DNA of 64,000 nucleotides from Acidimicrobiales bacterium (GTDB lineage Bacteria > Actinomycetota > Acidimicrobiia > Acidimicrobiales > JACDCH01): assembly GCA_036493595.1 (NCBI GenBank), contig DASXPN010000106.1, forward strand, positions 11,662 through 75,661. Direction: 5' to 3'. Made by a program: the position numbers and the translations under genes. Under the pieces are notes generated by a model, which ran no database searches, had not been told where the DNA came from, and worked only from the letters and a program-made list of their open reading frames with translations. This document shows positions 1-9,060 of this stretch, piece after piece (position 1 is the stretch's first letter; each line of letters starts with the position of its first letter).

Positions 1-51
1 AGCCTCGCACGGAACGAACCCGACATCTCGCTCACGAGTCGCTGAAGACGG

Positions 52-1284
52 TCAACGGAAGTCGAACGCGACCTTGATCGCGCCGGTCGATTCCTGGTCG
101 ATGAGGGTCAGCCACGCATCGCGCCAGTTCTCGAGCGGGAACGTGTGGGTCAGCATCCCGGTGAGGTCGACCCGTCCCGCCGCCGCGAGGTCGAGATAGT
201 GCGCGATGCCGTGCCGGCGGACGCCGTCGACCTCTTCGATGCCGAATGCGTTGGAGCCGACCCAGCGGATCTCCTTGAAGTACAACGGCGTGAACTCACC
301 GCGGGTCCACGAGAACAGACCGAGTTGGACCATCGTGCCGCGGGCTTTGAGCACCCGCATGTCGACTTCGAATGTCTCGGGCGCGCCGATGGTGTCGTAC
401 GCGACGTCGATGAAGCCGGGGTAGCAAACCGGCAGGCCCTCCCACGGCTTGCGCAACACGCCGCCGGACCAGTCCGCCAACTGCTCGATCAACTGCTCGC
501 GTGGCTGCGGACGGAACACGGTCGCGCCGAGTTTCGCGCTGAGCGTCGCTTGCGCGTCCCACGCGGCGACGGTCGCGACGTCGACGGTCGGGTAGAGCGT
601 GCCCAGGATCGCAGTCGCGCACGTGCCGAGCGCGCCCGCGCCGTACACGAGTGCCTTGCCGCCGGGCGGTGGGGGATTGCGGGTGATCGCGTGCAGGCTC
701 ACTGCGAAGGGATCTCCGAGCACTGCGACCTCGTCGCTGACCCCGTCCGGAACCGGGATCATCATCTGCTGATGGGCCGGCACGAGCTCGGCGAAACCGC
801 CGGTCGCGTCCGACGAGTTGCCGGTGTGGATGCCAGGTGCCAGCCGTCCGTCGTGGAAGTGCCAGCACAGGCTCCAGTCGCCCGCTTCGCACGAGGGGCA
901 CCGCGGTGTGATGCCGCGCGGCGCGCACGACAGCCACGGGTTGAGCACGACCCGCTGCCCGGGCTCGAAACCCTCGACCCCGGCGCCGAGCGATTCGACG
1001 GTGGCCACCACCTCGTGGCCGAGCACCTGCGGGAAGCTGATGAACGCGGTCATCGGGCTGTCCTCGCCGTGCTCGTAGTCCATCAGCACCTGCTTGGTGT
1101 CCGACCCGCAGATGCCGGTCATGCGGGGACGGATCACCGCCCAATCAGGGGCAAGCGGCTCGGGATCGGGCACGTCCTTCAGCAGCATCGGCGTAAAGGC
1201 GAGATGACGGATGAGGCGCGGTGCCGCGTCGGGCGGCTGGGGCGGCATGGGGTCGGGGAAGTCGCCGAACACGAGCGCTTTCAT
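52..1284 (-). CDS. Zn-dependent medium-chain alcohol dehydrogenase (MDR family)
   Basis: GICGSD, GHE, CxxCxxCxxxxxxxC-like structural Zn cluster and GAGALG Rossmann motif; ATG at 1284 overlaps the stop of the upstream gene (ATGA). Confidence 0.9.
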   Translation of the reverse strand: MKALVFGDFPDPMPPQPPDAAPRLIRHLAFTPMLLKDVPDPEPLAPDWAVIRPRMTGICGSDTKQVLMDYEHGEDSPMTAFISFPQVLGHEVVATVESLGAGVEGFEPGQRVVLNPWLSCAPRGITPRCPSCEAGDWSLCWHFHDGRLAPGIHTGNSSDATGGFAELVPAHQQMMIPVPDGVSDEVAVLGDPFAVSLHAITRNPPPPGGKALVYGAGALGTCATAILGTLYPTVDVATVAAWDAQATLSAKLGATVFRPQPREQLIEQLADWSGGVLRKPWEGLPVCYPGFIDVAYDTIGAPETFEVDMRVLKARGTMVQLGLFSWTRGEFTPLYFKEIRWVGSNAFGIEEVDGVRRHGIAHYLDLAAAGRVDLTGMLTHTFPLENWRDAWLTLIDQESTGAIKVAFDFR

Positions 1285-2435
1285 GATGTTGCTCCCTTGG
1301 CGTTCGCGATCGTTGGGTTGGTGATGGCTGTGGCGTTGGTGATGGCTTTGTCGACCGCGGCGAGAAGATCGTCGGTGGTGACACCCATCGTCGCTTCGGC
1401 CTGACGGACGTCGTCGCCGTCGAACACGGAGGCGATCCTGCGCCGTAGCTCCACTCGATCGCCGGCCCGTGCTCCGACCAACGCGTCGGCGACTCGATCG
1501 ATGGTGTCGGGCGGGCTCACGTGCATGTCCCCCGCCATCAGTGCGCACACGATCACGCCGTCGCCGTCGAGCGCGACACCGGCGCGGCACAGCTTGCGGC
1601 CCTTGTGATTGCCGAATCCGACGGCGCTGCTATCGGGCGCCGACGCGGTGAAGCGTTCGGAGGACACGCGCCGGACCATGTCGTCACTGCCGACGCGGCC
1701 ACCGATCTTCTCGAGCCCGTGTCGCTCACCGTCGGTCAGTTCACTCGGCTCCAACGCGATGCCCGCGGCCTCGAGGGACGTGAGCAACGCGTCGCGGAAC
1801 TCCTCGTACGTGACCGGTCGGCCCGCCACCTCTTGCGCGGTGCAGACGTACTCGCGCATGTCCTTCACGACCTTGTCCTTGAACTTGTCGTCGGGGACCC
1901 GCACGACTTGCAGGTAGAGGTCGAGGTCCGGCGGCGCGATGTTGAGGAAGCCGCCGACCGAGTTGCAGGCGACGACGTCCTGGGCGGTGAGCGCGCCGAG
2001 CTTGCGGCCGTGCCACCGCAGGTCGCTCGAGCCTTCGAACACGACCTCGCCGAGTCCGATCTTCGCCATTGTGTCGAGCAATACGGGCTGGAATCGTTCG
2101 AGCGCGGCGTCGAGATTTGAGTAGCGCTCCTTCGGCAGCAAGAACCCCCACATGACTGCGCACCCGGCGTCGTAGAAGGCGGTGCCTCCCCCGTACAGCG
2201 GTCGACGGATGACGGCGACGCCCAGTCGCGTGCACGCGTCGAGGTCGAGGGTGGAGTCGACGTCGTCGAACCAACCGACATTGAGATGGGTCTGGCCCCA
2301 CACCGACGTGGTCGCGATCGGATCCGCGCCGCCGGCGACATTGCGGCTGAGCACCGGCATGACCGCGGCGTTCTCGAACGGCGTGACCGCGCCACAGTCG
2401 ATGCTGCGCCAGTGCTCCCCGGCTCGCGGACTCAC
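1281..2435 (-). CDS. lplA: Lipoate-protein ligase A family protein with C-terminal domain
   Basis: RRPLYGGGTAFYD (variant of RRxxGGGxVxHD), SDLRWHGRKLG lysine motif and a C-terminal ligase-like domain; GTG start at 2435 chosen by eye. Confidence 0.75.
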   Translation of the reverse strand: MSPRAGEHWRSIDCGAVTPFENAAVMPVLSRNVAGGADPIATTSVWGQTHLNVGWFDDVDSTLDLDACTRLGVAVIRRPLYGGGTAFYDAGCAVMWGFLLPKERYSNLDAALERFQPVLLDTMAKIGLGEVVFEGSSDLRWHGRKLGALTAQDVVACNSVGGFLNIAPPDLDLYLQVVRVPDDKFKDKVVKDMREYVCTAQEVAGRPVTYEEFRDALLTSLEAAGIALEPSELTDGERHGLEKIGGRVGSDDMVRRVSSERFTASAPDSSAVGFGNHKGRKLCRAGVALDGDGVIVCALMAGDMHVSPPDTIDRVADALVGARAGDRVELRRRIASVFDGDDVRQAEATMGVTTDDLLAAVDKAITNATAITNPTIANAKGATS

Positions 2436-2514
2436 CCCGCGCAACCTACATGACACGAGCGTCAGGTTCCGCGGGTCCACCCTTGGGTCGAGGGCGACAG
2501 ACGAAACTAAACCG

Positions 2515-3810
2515 ATGGCTGGGTTCCGTCGGGTTCCTGCTGCCGTGGTCGCCGCGGCAGCAGTGGCGGTTGCCGTCGCGTTGCAGTTGCTGCGCCAACC
2601 GGGTGCGCGCTCGTGGAACACCGTGTGGGCCGAGGACGGGTACATCTACACGTCGCAGGCGTACGGGCACGGGCCCGTATCGACGATGTTCCGGGGCTAC
2701 GCGGGCTATGCCCAGTTCGTGCCGCGCGTGATCGCACTCGGCGTTCGTCCGCTACCGGTGAGTTGGGTCGCGCCCTACCTCGCGTTCACGGCCGCGTTCG
2801 TCACCGCGCTGCTGGGGCTGTTCGTGTACTGGGCCATGGCTGGATGGGTGCGCTCGCCATGGCTGCGGTCGATCCTCGCCGCGATGAGTGTGCTCGCGCC
2901 GGTCTCGTTCTTCGAGATCAATGCCAACATCGCCAACCTCGGATGGCCGTTGTTGTTCGCAGCCTTCTGGGCCTTCGTCGCTCGTCGCGACCGGCCGTTC
3001 GACATTGCGTTGCGCGCCGCGGTCGTACTGCTCTGCGGGTTGACGACGCCGGTGCTCGCCGTGCTCGTTCCCGTCGGCATCGCGGTTGCCGTGGCGCGGC
3101 GACGCGCCGGCGAGTGGGTGATCGTCGCAGCGGCACTCGTGTCGCTTCTCGTCCAATGGATCGTCGTCCACGGCACGGGCGCCGGAGCCGGTGCCCCCTC
3201 GACGCTCGGCGACTTGCCGCGCGAGTACGGCGTGCGCGTCGTCGGGGCGCTGGTGTTCGGTGAGCGCTGGCTCGGCTACCTGTGGGCGCACCTCGGCGTC
3301 ACCGTCATCGCGATCGGTGTCGCGGTCGTGGCCGTCGTGGCGGTCGTCGCGCTGCTGCCGGCCCCGGTGCGGCTCACTGCGGATCGATGGTGGTTCGCGA
3401 TCGCGGCTGGGCTCGCGTCGGTCGCACTGTTCGCGGTACCGGTCTGGATCCGTGGCACCGAGCCGATGCGGTTGCTGAGCGGTGAGTTCACCGACACGGG
3501 GTCGCGCTACGTGTACGTGCCGCTGCTCGTCTTGTTGAGCGGTCTGTTCGTGCTCGTCGACGGGAGTGGCAGGCGGTGGCTCGAGGCCGGAGCGACCGCG
3601 CACGCCGCGGTGTTGATCGTGGTGTGCTTCGGGCTCGCCGGCTTCCGATCCGCCGGCCCTACATGGAGCTCCCAACTCGAGGCGGCCCGAGCGACATGCC
3701 GGTCCGCCAGTGCGCCCGCGATCGTGAATGTCCCCACCACACCCGATGGTCTGGATTGGTATGTCGCTGTCCCGTGCGGACGGGTGGGCTCGGCGACCGC
3801 CGCCCGCTGA
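2515..3810 (+). CDS. Polytopic membrane protein, possibly a GT-C-type glycosyltransferase
   Basis: About 10-11 hydrophobic segments, N-terminal WAEDG motif after TM1, GYAGY..FVPR loop, late SRY motif. Confidence 0.6.
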   Translation: MAGFRRVPAAVVAAAAVAVAVALQLLRQPGARSWNTVWAEDGYIYTSQAYGHGPVSTMFRGYAGYAQFVPRVIALGVRPLPVSWVAPYLAFTAAFVTALLGLFVYWAMAGWVRSPWLRSILAAMSVLAPVSFFEINANIANLGWPLLFAAFWAFVARRDRPFDIALRAAVVLLCGLTTPVLAVLVPVGIAVAVARRRAGEWVIVAAALVSLLVQWIVVHGTGAGAGAPSTLGDLPREYGVRVVGALVFGERWLGYLWAHLGVTVIAIGVAVVAVVAVVALLPAPVRLTADRWWFAIAAGLASVALFAVPVWIRGTEPMRLLSGEFTDTGSRYVYVPLLVLLSGLFVLVDGSGRRWLEAGATAHAAVLIVVCFGLAGFRSAGPTWSSQLEAARATCRSASAPAIVNVPTTPDGLDWYVAVPCGRVGSATAAR

Positions 3811-3832
3811 CAGTGATGACCGCGGACGTGCG

Positions 3833-4399
3833 TCAGTTGACGGACGGATCGGGCGGGTAGTCGGCGAACTGGCGGAGTGGGCCTGGTTGGCGGCGCAACA
3901 CGTTGGCCCAGAGTCCCTCGGGATGATCCGTGAACGTGTCCTTGGCGGCGGAATCGACGACGAACCATGCGCCCTCGTCGATCTCCGTGGCGAGCTGGCC
4001 GACATCCCATCCGGCATAGCCCGCGAACACGCGGACCTCCGCGAGTCCCGCGCCGATGAGGTCCGCGTCCGCGGTCAGGTCGAGGACGCCGACCATTCCG
4101 TCGACCGCGGTCCACGCCTCGTCTGGTAGCTCGTGCGCAGGCTCTCGAACCGCGAGCGCGATCACCGAACTGCGCGACACGGGTCCGCCCACGAATACGA
4201 CGGACGGGGATGCCACCAAACGAGACCAGTCGGGCAGCGGCTCGGTGACGTCGAGCGGTGACGGCCGGTTCAGCACCAGGCCGAGTGCGCCCTCGTCGTT
4301 GTCCTCGAGCATGAAGATGACCGTGCGCGCGAAGTTCGGATCGCCGAGCTGCGGCGTGGCCACCAGCAGACGGCCCTTGCTCGACCCGAGCCATTCCAC
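3833..4399 (-). CDS. YqgE/AlgH family protein
   Basis: LLVATPQLGDPNFARTVI, GALGLVLNRP, FVGGPV, RVFAGYAGW..GQL..EI..GAW motifs. Confidence 0.92.
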   Translation of the reverse strand: MEWLGSSKGRLLVATPQLGDPNFARTVIFMLEDNDEGALGLVLNRPSPLDVTEPLPDWSRLVASPSVVFVGGPVSRSSVIALAVREPAHELPDEAWTAVDGMVGVLDLTADADLIGAGLAEVRVFAGYAGWDVGQLATEIDEGAWFVVDSAAKDTFTDHPEGLWANVLRRQPGPLRQFADYPPDPSVN

Positions 4400-4593
4400 C
4401 GCCCCTGTCTATCGCCACACCGCGATGCATGAAGGACGCGGCGGGCCGGGACGTCGAGGGTGCCGAGGGCGGGTGTTGACGGCGGGCGTAACCTCTTTCC
4501 TGCACGCACCGCGGACCCCTGTCGCTGAGGGTCCGGGGGGCGTTCGCGCGCGTCCACGCCTCGATGAACGCATCCCTACCGAAGGAGGACCAA

Positions 4594-6600
4594 GTGGCGC
4601 ATCCCGACCTGGTCGACGAGCAAGCGCATCTCGACCACGCCTATCGATGTCTCGCAGGCATGCGAAGACGGACCCAATCAGCGGTCGCCATCGACGACAT
4701 GGCCGCACAGGCGGTCGACGGGGAGATCGCCCGATGGCACTTGCAGCAGCGCCTGCGTTCCCTCGACGAGAACGTCGACGGGCTCGCGTTCGGGCGCATC
4801 GACGAGGAAGGCACGCCTCCTCATCCGGGCCCGACGTGGTACGTCGGCCGGCGCCACGTCGAAGACGAGCGCGGTGAGCCGGTCGTCGTCGACTGGCGGG
4901 CGTCGGTGTCGACGCCCTTCTACCGCGCCACCGCGTCCGACCCGTTCGGACTGCACCGCCGGCGCCGCTTCATGATGTCGGGTCGCCAACTCGACGACTT
5001 GTTCGACGAGGTCTTCGACGATCCCGACTCGATCCACGCCGCCCGCCACGGCGGCATCCCCGATCCGTTGCTGGCGGAGCTCGAGCGCGAGCGCACGGGC
5101 GAGATGCGCGACATCGTCGCCACCATCCAGGCCGAACAGGACGTCGTCATCCGCGCGCCGCTCGACGCTTGTCTCGTCGTGCAGGGCGGCCCTGGCACGG
5201 GGAAGACCGCGGTCGGTCTGCACCGCGCCGCGTTCCTCCTCTACGAGCACCGTGAACTGCTCGACCAGGAGGGCGTACTCGTCATCGGTCCGAACCCGGT
5301 CTTCCTTCGGTACATCGCGCAGGTGCTGCCGTCGCTCGGCGAGACCGCGGTCCGCCAGACGACGATGCAACGCTTGCTCGGCGGGCGGATCCGTGGCTTC
5401 GACTCGCCCGAGGCGGCCGCCCTCAAGGGCGATGCGCGCATGGCCACGGTGCTCAAACGCGCCGCGGACCGATTGATCAAGCAACCGGTCCGCGATCTCG
5501 AAGTCTCGACGAGTTGGGGAATGGTCCGGCTGCGCGTGAATGACATCACGGCGGCGATGGACGAGGTCCGCACGCGGCACGTGCCGCACAACGTCGGTCG
5601 CAACGCGCTGCGCACGCAGCTCGTTCGGCTGGGTGAGCAGGCGATCGCGGAACGGCGCGGGGAGGACGCGGCACCGCTCGGCTTCGTCGAGGAGCTGCGC
5701 ACCGACAAGGTGTTCCAGCGCGCCCTCGGCACGTGGTGGCCCGCCGTCAGCGCGCCGTCGCTCGTGCGCCGGGTGTTGTCGTCCCCGACGGCATTGCGCG
5801 GCGCGTCCGACGGTTTGCTGTCTGAGTCCGAGCAGTCGTTGCTCGTGCGCAAGGCCACGAAGCGAGCCGACGACGAGCCCTGGACGGCGGCGGATCTCGT
5901 ACTCGTCGACGAGGCGGCCGCGCTGGCCGACGGCGCCCGTCACGTGTACGGCCACATCGTGGTCGACGAGGCGCAGGATCTCACCGGGATGGAGTTGCGC
6001 TCGCTCGGTCGGCGCTGCCCGCGCCGGTCGATGACAGTGCTCGGTGACCTGGCTCAAGCGACCCGGCCCGGTGGGCAGCGCTCGTGGGATGACGCGCTCG
6101 TGCAGCTCGGTTCCCCCGAGGGGGCGGAGATCACCGAGCTCGACCTCGGCTACCGCGTGCCCGCGCCGATCATCGACTTCGCCAACCGGTTGCTGGCGGA
6201 GGCGGCACCCGATGTGCGGCCGTCACGTTCGGTCCGCGCCCGCGGCGAGGCTCCGTCGCTCGTGACGGTGAGCGGCCAGGACGGCGATCTCGCGGCGGCC
6301 GTGCAGCGAGTGGTGGACGAGCAGACGGCGCGGTGGACGTCGGTCGGTGTCGTGCTCCCGGAGGGAGTCGGTCCCGTGCTCGACCGGGTCGCCGACGGTG
6401 TGGTCGTGGTGTCGCCGATGGAGGCGAAGGGGTTGGAGTTCGACGCGGTGGTCGTGGTCGAGCCTGCGCTGGTGGCGCAGTCCGGCGACGACCACCACGC
6501 CGGCCTCCGGCTGCTCTATGTCGCGCTCACACGCGCCGTGCAGACGCTGACGATCGTGCATTCGTTGCCGCTGCCGGAGGCCCTCCGCGCCGTCACGTAG
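4594..6600 (+). CDS. helD: HelD-family (UvrD-like) RNA polymerase recycling ATPase
   Basis: FGRID, YVGR, VDWRA, IVATIQAEQD, QGGPGTGKT (Walker A), DEAQD, KGLEFDAV, LYVALTRA; RBS AGGAGG before GTG 4594. Confidence 0.85.
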   Translation: MAHPDLVDEQAHLDHAYRCLAGMRRRTQSAVAIDDMAAQAVDGEIARWHLQQRLRSLDENVDGLAFGRIDEEGTPPHPGPTWYVGRRHVEDERGEPVVVDWRASVSTPFYRATASDPFGLHRRRRFMMSGRQLDDLFDEVFDDPDSIHAARHGGIPDPLLAELERERTGEMRDIVATIQAEQDVVIRAPLDACLVVQGGPGTGKTAVGLHRAAFLLYEHRELLDQEGVLVIGPNPVFLRYIAQVLPSLGETAVRQTTMQRLLGGRIRGFDSPEAAALKGDARMATVLKRAADRLIKQPVRDLEVSTSWGMVRLRVNDITAAMDEVRTRHVPHNVGRNALRTQLVRLGEQAIAERRGEDAAPLGFVEELRTDKVFQRALGTWWPAVSAPSLVRRVLSSPTALRGASDGLLSESEQSLLVRKATKRADDEPWTAADLVLVDEAAALADGARHVYGHIVVDEAQDLTGMELRSLGRRCPRRSMTVLGDLAQATRPGGQRSWDDALVQLGSPEGAEITELDLGYRVPAPIIDFANRLLAEAAPDVRPSRSVRARGEAPSLVTVSGQDGDLAAAVQRVVDEQTARWTSVGVVLPEGVGPVLDRVADGVVVVSPMEAKGLEFDAVVVVEPALVAQSGDDHHAGLRLLYVALTRAVQTLTIVHSLPLPEALRAVT

Positions 6601-6618
6601 TTTTCGTCACGTAGTTTT
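6591..6618 (+). repeat. 14-bp perfect tandem duplication CGTCACGTAGTTTT x2
   Basis: Read directly at 6591-6604 and 6605-6618; spans the helD stop codon. Confidence 0.9.
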
Positions 6619-6623
6619 TCGCG

Positions 6624-7406
6624 GTGCTCGGCCCCGACGACGCTCTCCTCACCGGCAAGTGCGCGATCGTCACCGGCGCCGCGCAGGGGATCGGCGAGGC
6701 GATCGCCATGGCGTTCGCTCGCTTCGGCGCCTCGCTCGCGTTGTGCGATCGCGATGCGGACGGTCTGTCCCGCGTGGCCAGAGCGATCGACGACATCGGG
6801 CGGCCGGTGGTCACCGGCGTGCTCGATGTCCGCGACCGTCAACAAGTCGATGCCTTCGTCGCTGACGCGGTTGCCGCGCTCACCCATCGGGTCGACGTGG
6901 TCGTGAACAACGCAGGCGGCGGGTTCCCGTCCGCCTTCCTCGACGTCAACGACAAAGGGCAGGACGCGCTCATCCGCGAGAACTTCTCGTCGGTCACCCA
7001 TGTCGTGCGTGCGTGCATGCCGCACATGAGCGCGGGCGGGTCGATCATCAACCTCACGTCGATCGAAGCGCACCGCGCGGGGCCGGGCTACGCCGTCTAC
7101 TCCGCGATGAAGGCCGCGGTGGACAGCCTGACGAAGTCGCTCGCCCTCGAGCTCGGTGATCGCGGTATCCGCGTGAACTGCATCGCTCCCGACGTGATCC
7201 CGACGCCGGGCGTCGGTGAGCTCGAGGGAGTCGCACCCCGGATGGCGCTACCGGTGCGCGGTCACGTCGATGACGTTGCCGGCGCCGCGGTGTTCCTGGC
7301 CGGCGGGATGAGCCGGTTCGTCACGGGCACGACCATTCATGTGGACGGAGGCAACCACGCCGCGGGTGGATGGCAGCGCCAGCCCGACGGCTCCTGGCGT
7401 CCGTGA
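6624..7406 (+). CDS. SDR family oxidoreductase
   Basis: TGAAQGIG, NNAG, YSAMK (YxxxK), IRVNCIAP. Confidence 0.93.
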   Translation: MLGPDDALLTGKCAIVTGAAQGIGEAIAMAFARFGASLALCDRDADGLSRVARAIDDIGRPVVTGVLDVRDRQQVDAFVADAVAALTHRVDVVVNNAGGGFPSAFLDVNDKGQDALIRENFSSVTHVVRACMPHMSAGGSIINLTSIEAHRAGPGYAVYSAMKAAVDSLTKSLALELGDRGIRVNCIAPDVIPTPGVGELEGVAPRMALPVRGHVDDVAGAAVFLAGGMSRFVTGTTIHVDGGNHAAGGWQRQPDGSWRP

Positions 7407-7421
7407 GCCTCTGACGGGCGG

Positions 7422-8519
7422 CTAGATGTCGTCGGGGACGACGCTGCCTTGATCGAGCGCCTGCACCACGGACGCCAACCCTTCGAGCCGCTTGCGCAGC
7501 TCTTGCTCTGCCTCCCGCACGCTGTCCCGACGACGGCGCGCGTCCGCCAGCATCTCGGCTGACTCGCGCTCGGCGCCGGCGATGAGGTCGGAGGCTCGCC
7601 GCTGTGACTCCTCCTGCGCGGTCCGCGACTCGGCGAGCATGGTGTCTGCTTCCTCGCGGGCAGATGTCGCTGCTTGCAGCACCGAGTCCGCTTCCTGCGT
7701 CGCCGTTTCGCGCATCGTTCGAGCGTCGGCCTCTGCGGCTTCGCGCACGACCGATGCCTGCTCGTCGGCCGCGGCGCGGGCCGACTTGGCCTGTTCCTCG
7801 GCGGCGGCGCGAACCGAGTTCGCGTCGGTGGCGGCTTTCGTCCGGACGCGGGTCGCTTCGTCGTCGGCTTCGCGCAGGATGGCGGCGGATTGCTCGTCGG
7901 CGCGTTGGAGCACCTCGCGCATCTGCTCACCCGCGTGGCGCACGATCGACGCGATCTCTTCGCCGAACGCGGCATACGGATCGATGGCGCCGGCTTTGGA
8001 TTCAGAATGTGCAGACACGGGCACTCGCTCCGGCTCTCGGGTTTGGGGTTCGGCCTTCGGTTCGACTTCGGGTTCGGGCTCTTGCGCTGACGCGGGTTCA
8101 GGTTCCGGCTCGAGCTCGAGTTGCGGTTCTGGCTCTGGTTCGGGCTCAGCGTTGGCGCGTTCGGCGGCCTTCGCGGCCTGCGCCGGCGCCTCGAGCATGG
8201 CGGGCGTCTTCGCAGCCTCCGGCGGCGGGGCTTGTGAGATGGCGAAGCGCAGCTGGCGGATTGCCGCGTCGATCTCGGTCTCGTTGATCTGGGGCCGCAC
8301 CGGCGGCAACGAACCGTTGTTGTCGACGTAGCACGACAGGCCCTCGCTCAGTTCGGCGGGTGACGTCCGAGCGAGCACGCTCATGGCCTCGGTGACGTCT
8401 TCGCCCGACAGATCAGGGAATCCGTGCGACGACAGGTACGACTCGGGGTCGCTGTCGAACCGCGCCTGGTCGTCCGCACTGGTGAGCAGGCCGCGAAGGA
8501 ACTCCAAGATATTGGCCAT
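7422..8519 (-). CDS. IniB N-terminal-like domain + Pro/Glu linker + DivIVA-like coiled-coil protein
   Basis: N-terminus ILEFLRGLL...ARFDSDPESYL..HGF.DLSGEDV resembles the IniB N-terminal domain; EPEPEP linker; about 130-aa Ala/Glu/Arg heptad region ending in LRKRLEGL. Confidence 0.6.
   Translation of the reverse strand: MANILEFLRGLLTSADDQARFDSDPESYLSSHGFPDLSGEDVTEAMSVLARTSPAELSEGLSCYVDNNGSLPPVRPQINETEIDAAIRQLRFAISQAPPPEAAKTPAMLEAPAQAAKAAERANAEPEPEPEPQLELEPEPEPASAQEPEPEVEPKAEPQTREPERVPVSAHSESKAGAIDPYAAFGEEIASIVRHAGEQMREVLQRADEQSAAILREADDEATRVRTKAATDANSVRAAAEEQAKSARAAADEQASVVREAAEADARTMRETATQEADSVLQAATSAREEADTMLAESRTAQEESQRRASDLIAGAERESAEMLADARRRRDSVREAEQELRKRLEGLASVVQALDQGSVVPDDI
8040..8150 (-). 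repeat. Pro-Glu low-complexity repeat inside the CDS
   Basis: Translation EPEPEPEPQLELEPEPEPASAQEPEPEVEPKAEPQTREPE; approximate bounds. Confidence 0.8.
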
Positions 8520-8544
8520 TCCGGAAAACAGTACCGTTCCGCCT
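8520..8544. promoter_or_regulatory. Overlapping divergent leaderless promoters
   Basis: + strand TACCGT (8532-8537) 7 nt before GTG 8545; - strand TACTGT (8533-8528) 8 nt before ATG 8519. Confidence 0.5.
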
Positions 8545-8934
8545 GTGTCAGATGAGCAGGGGGTCCGCCGGACGCTTGCGCTCTATTGCCAGCTCTGCGA
8601 CGACGGTCGTTTCGACGAATGGGCGGAGCTGTTCACGGAGGGCGCTCGCTTCACCGTGATGGGCGGCACCCACGCGGGTCGCGACAACGTCAAGGCATGG
8701 ATCGAGGCGGCGCAACCACCGGAGCGACGCGGCAAGCATTTCCTCGGGCAGAGCGTCGTCGACTTCGAGCCGGACGGCCTGACCGCCACCGGAGTCACCG
8801 ACTACACGTTCGTATCCAAGCGGTCGGAGGGCTACGTCATCACTTCCGCCGGCCGCTACCACGACACGTTGCATCGAGGCGACGACGGACGTTGGCGCTT
8901 CGACTCCCGCGAGATCCGCTTTCTCGGCGACTGA
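8545..8934 (+). CDS. SnoaL/NTF2-like domain protein
   Basis: YCQLCDDGRFDEWAELFTEGA, GRYHDTL.R..DGRWRF..R pattern. Confidence 0.85.
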   Translation: MSDEQGVRRTLALYCQLCDDGRFDEWAELFTEGARFTVMGGTHAGRDNVKAWIEAAQPPERRGKHFLGQSVVDFEPDGLTATGVTDYTFVSKRSEGYVITSAGRYHDTLHRGDDGRWRFDSREIRFLGD

Positions 8935-8956
8935 CGCACGGCCCGGGCTGGGGCGG

Positions 8957-9004
8957 AATGTTGGTTCCATTGTGGGGCTATAGCCCCACAATGGACCCGG
9001 AGTT
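8957..9004. repeat. 48-bp intergenic hairpin repeat, copy 1 (contains a perfect 30-bp palindrome, 8966-8995)
   Basis: AATGTTGGTTCCATTGTGGGGCTATAGCCCCACAATGGACCCGGAGTT; four near-identical copies elsewhere in the window. Confidence 0.92.
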
Positions 9005-9060
9005 GGGCGTCGTGGGTCGTGGGCGCCGTGGGTCGTAGGCGCCGGGGCGCGTGGGAGCTG

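Noticed and set aside
4400-4593. Rifamycin-associated element upstream of helD
   Set aside because: I could not identify a convincing match and cannot verify the consensus without a search.
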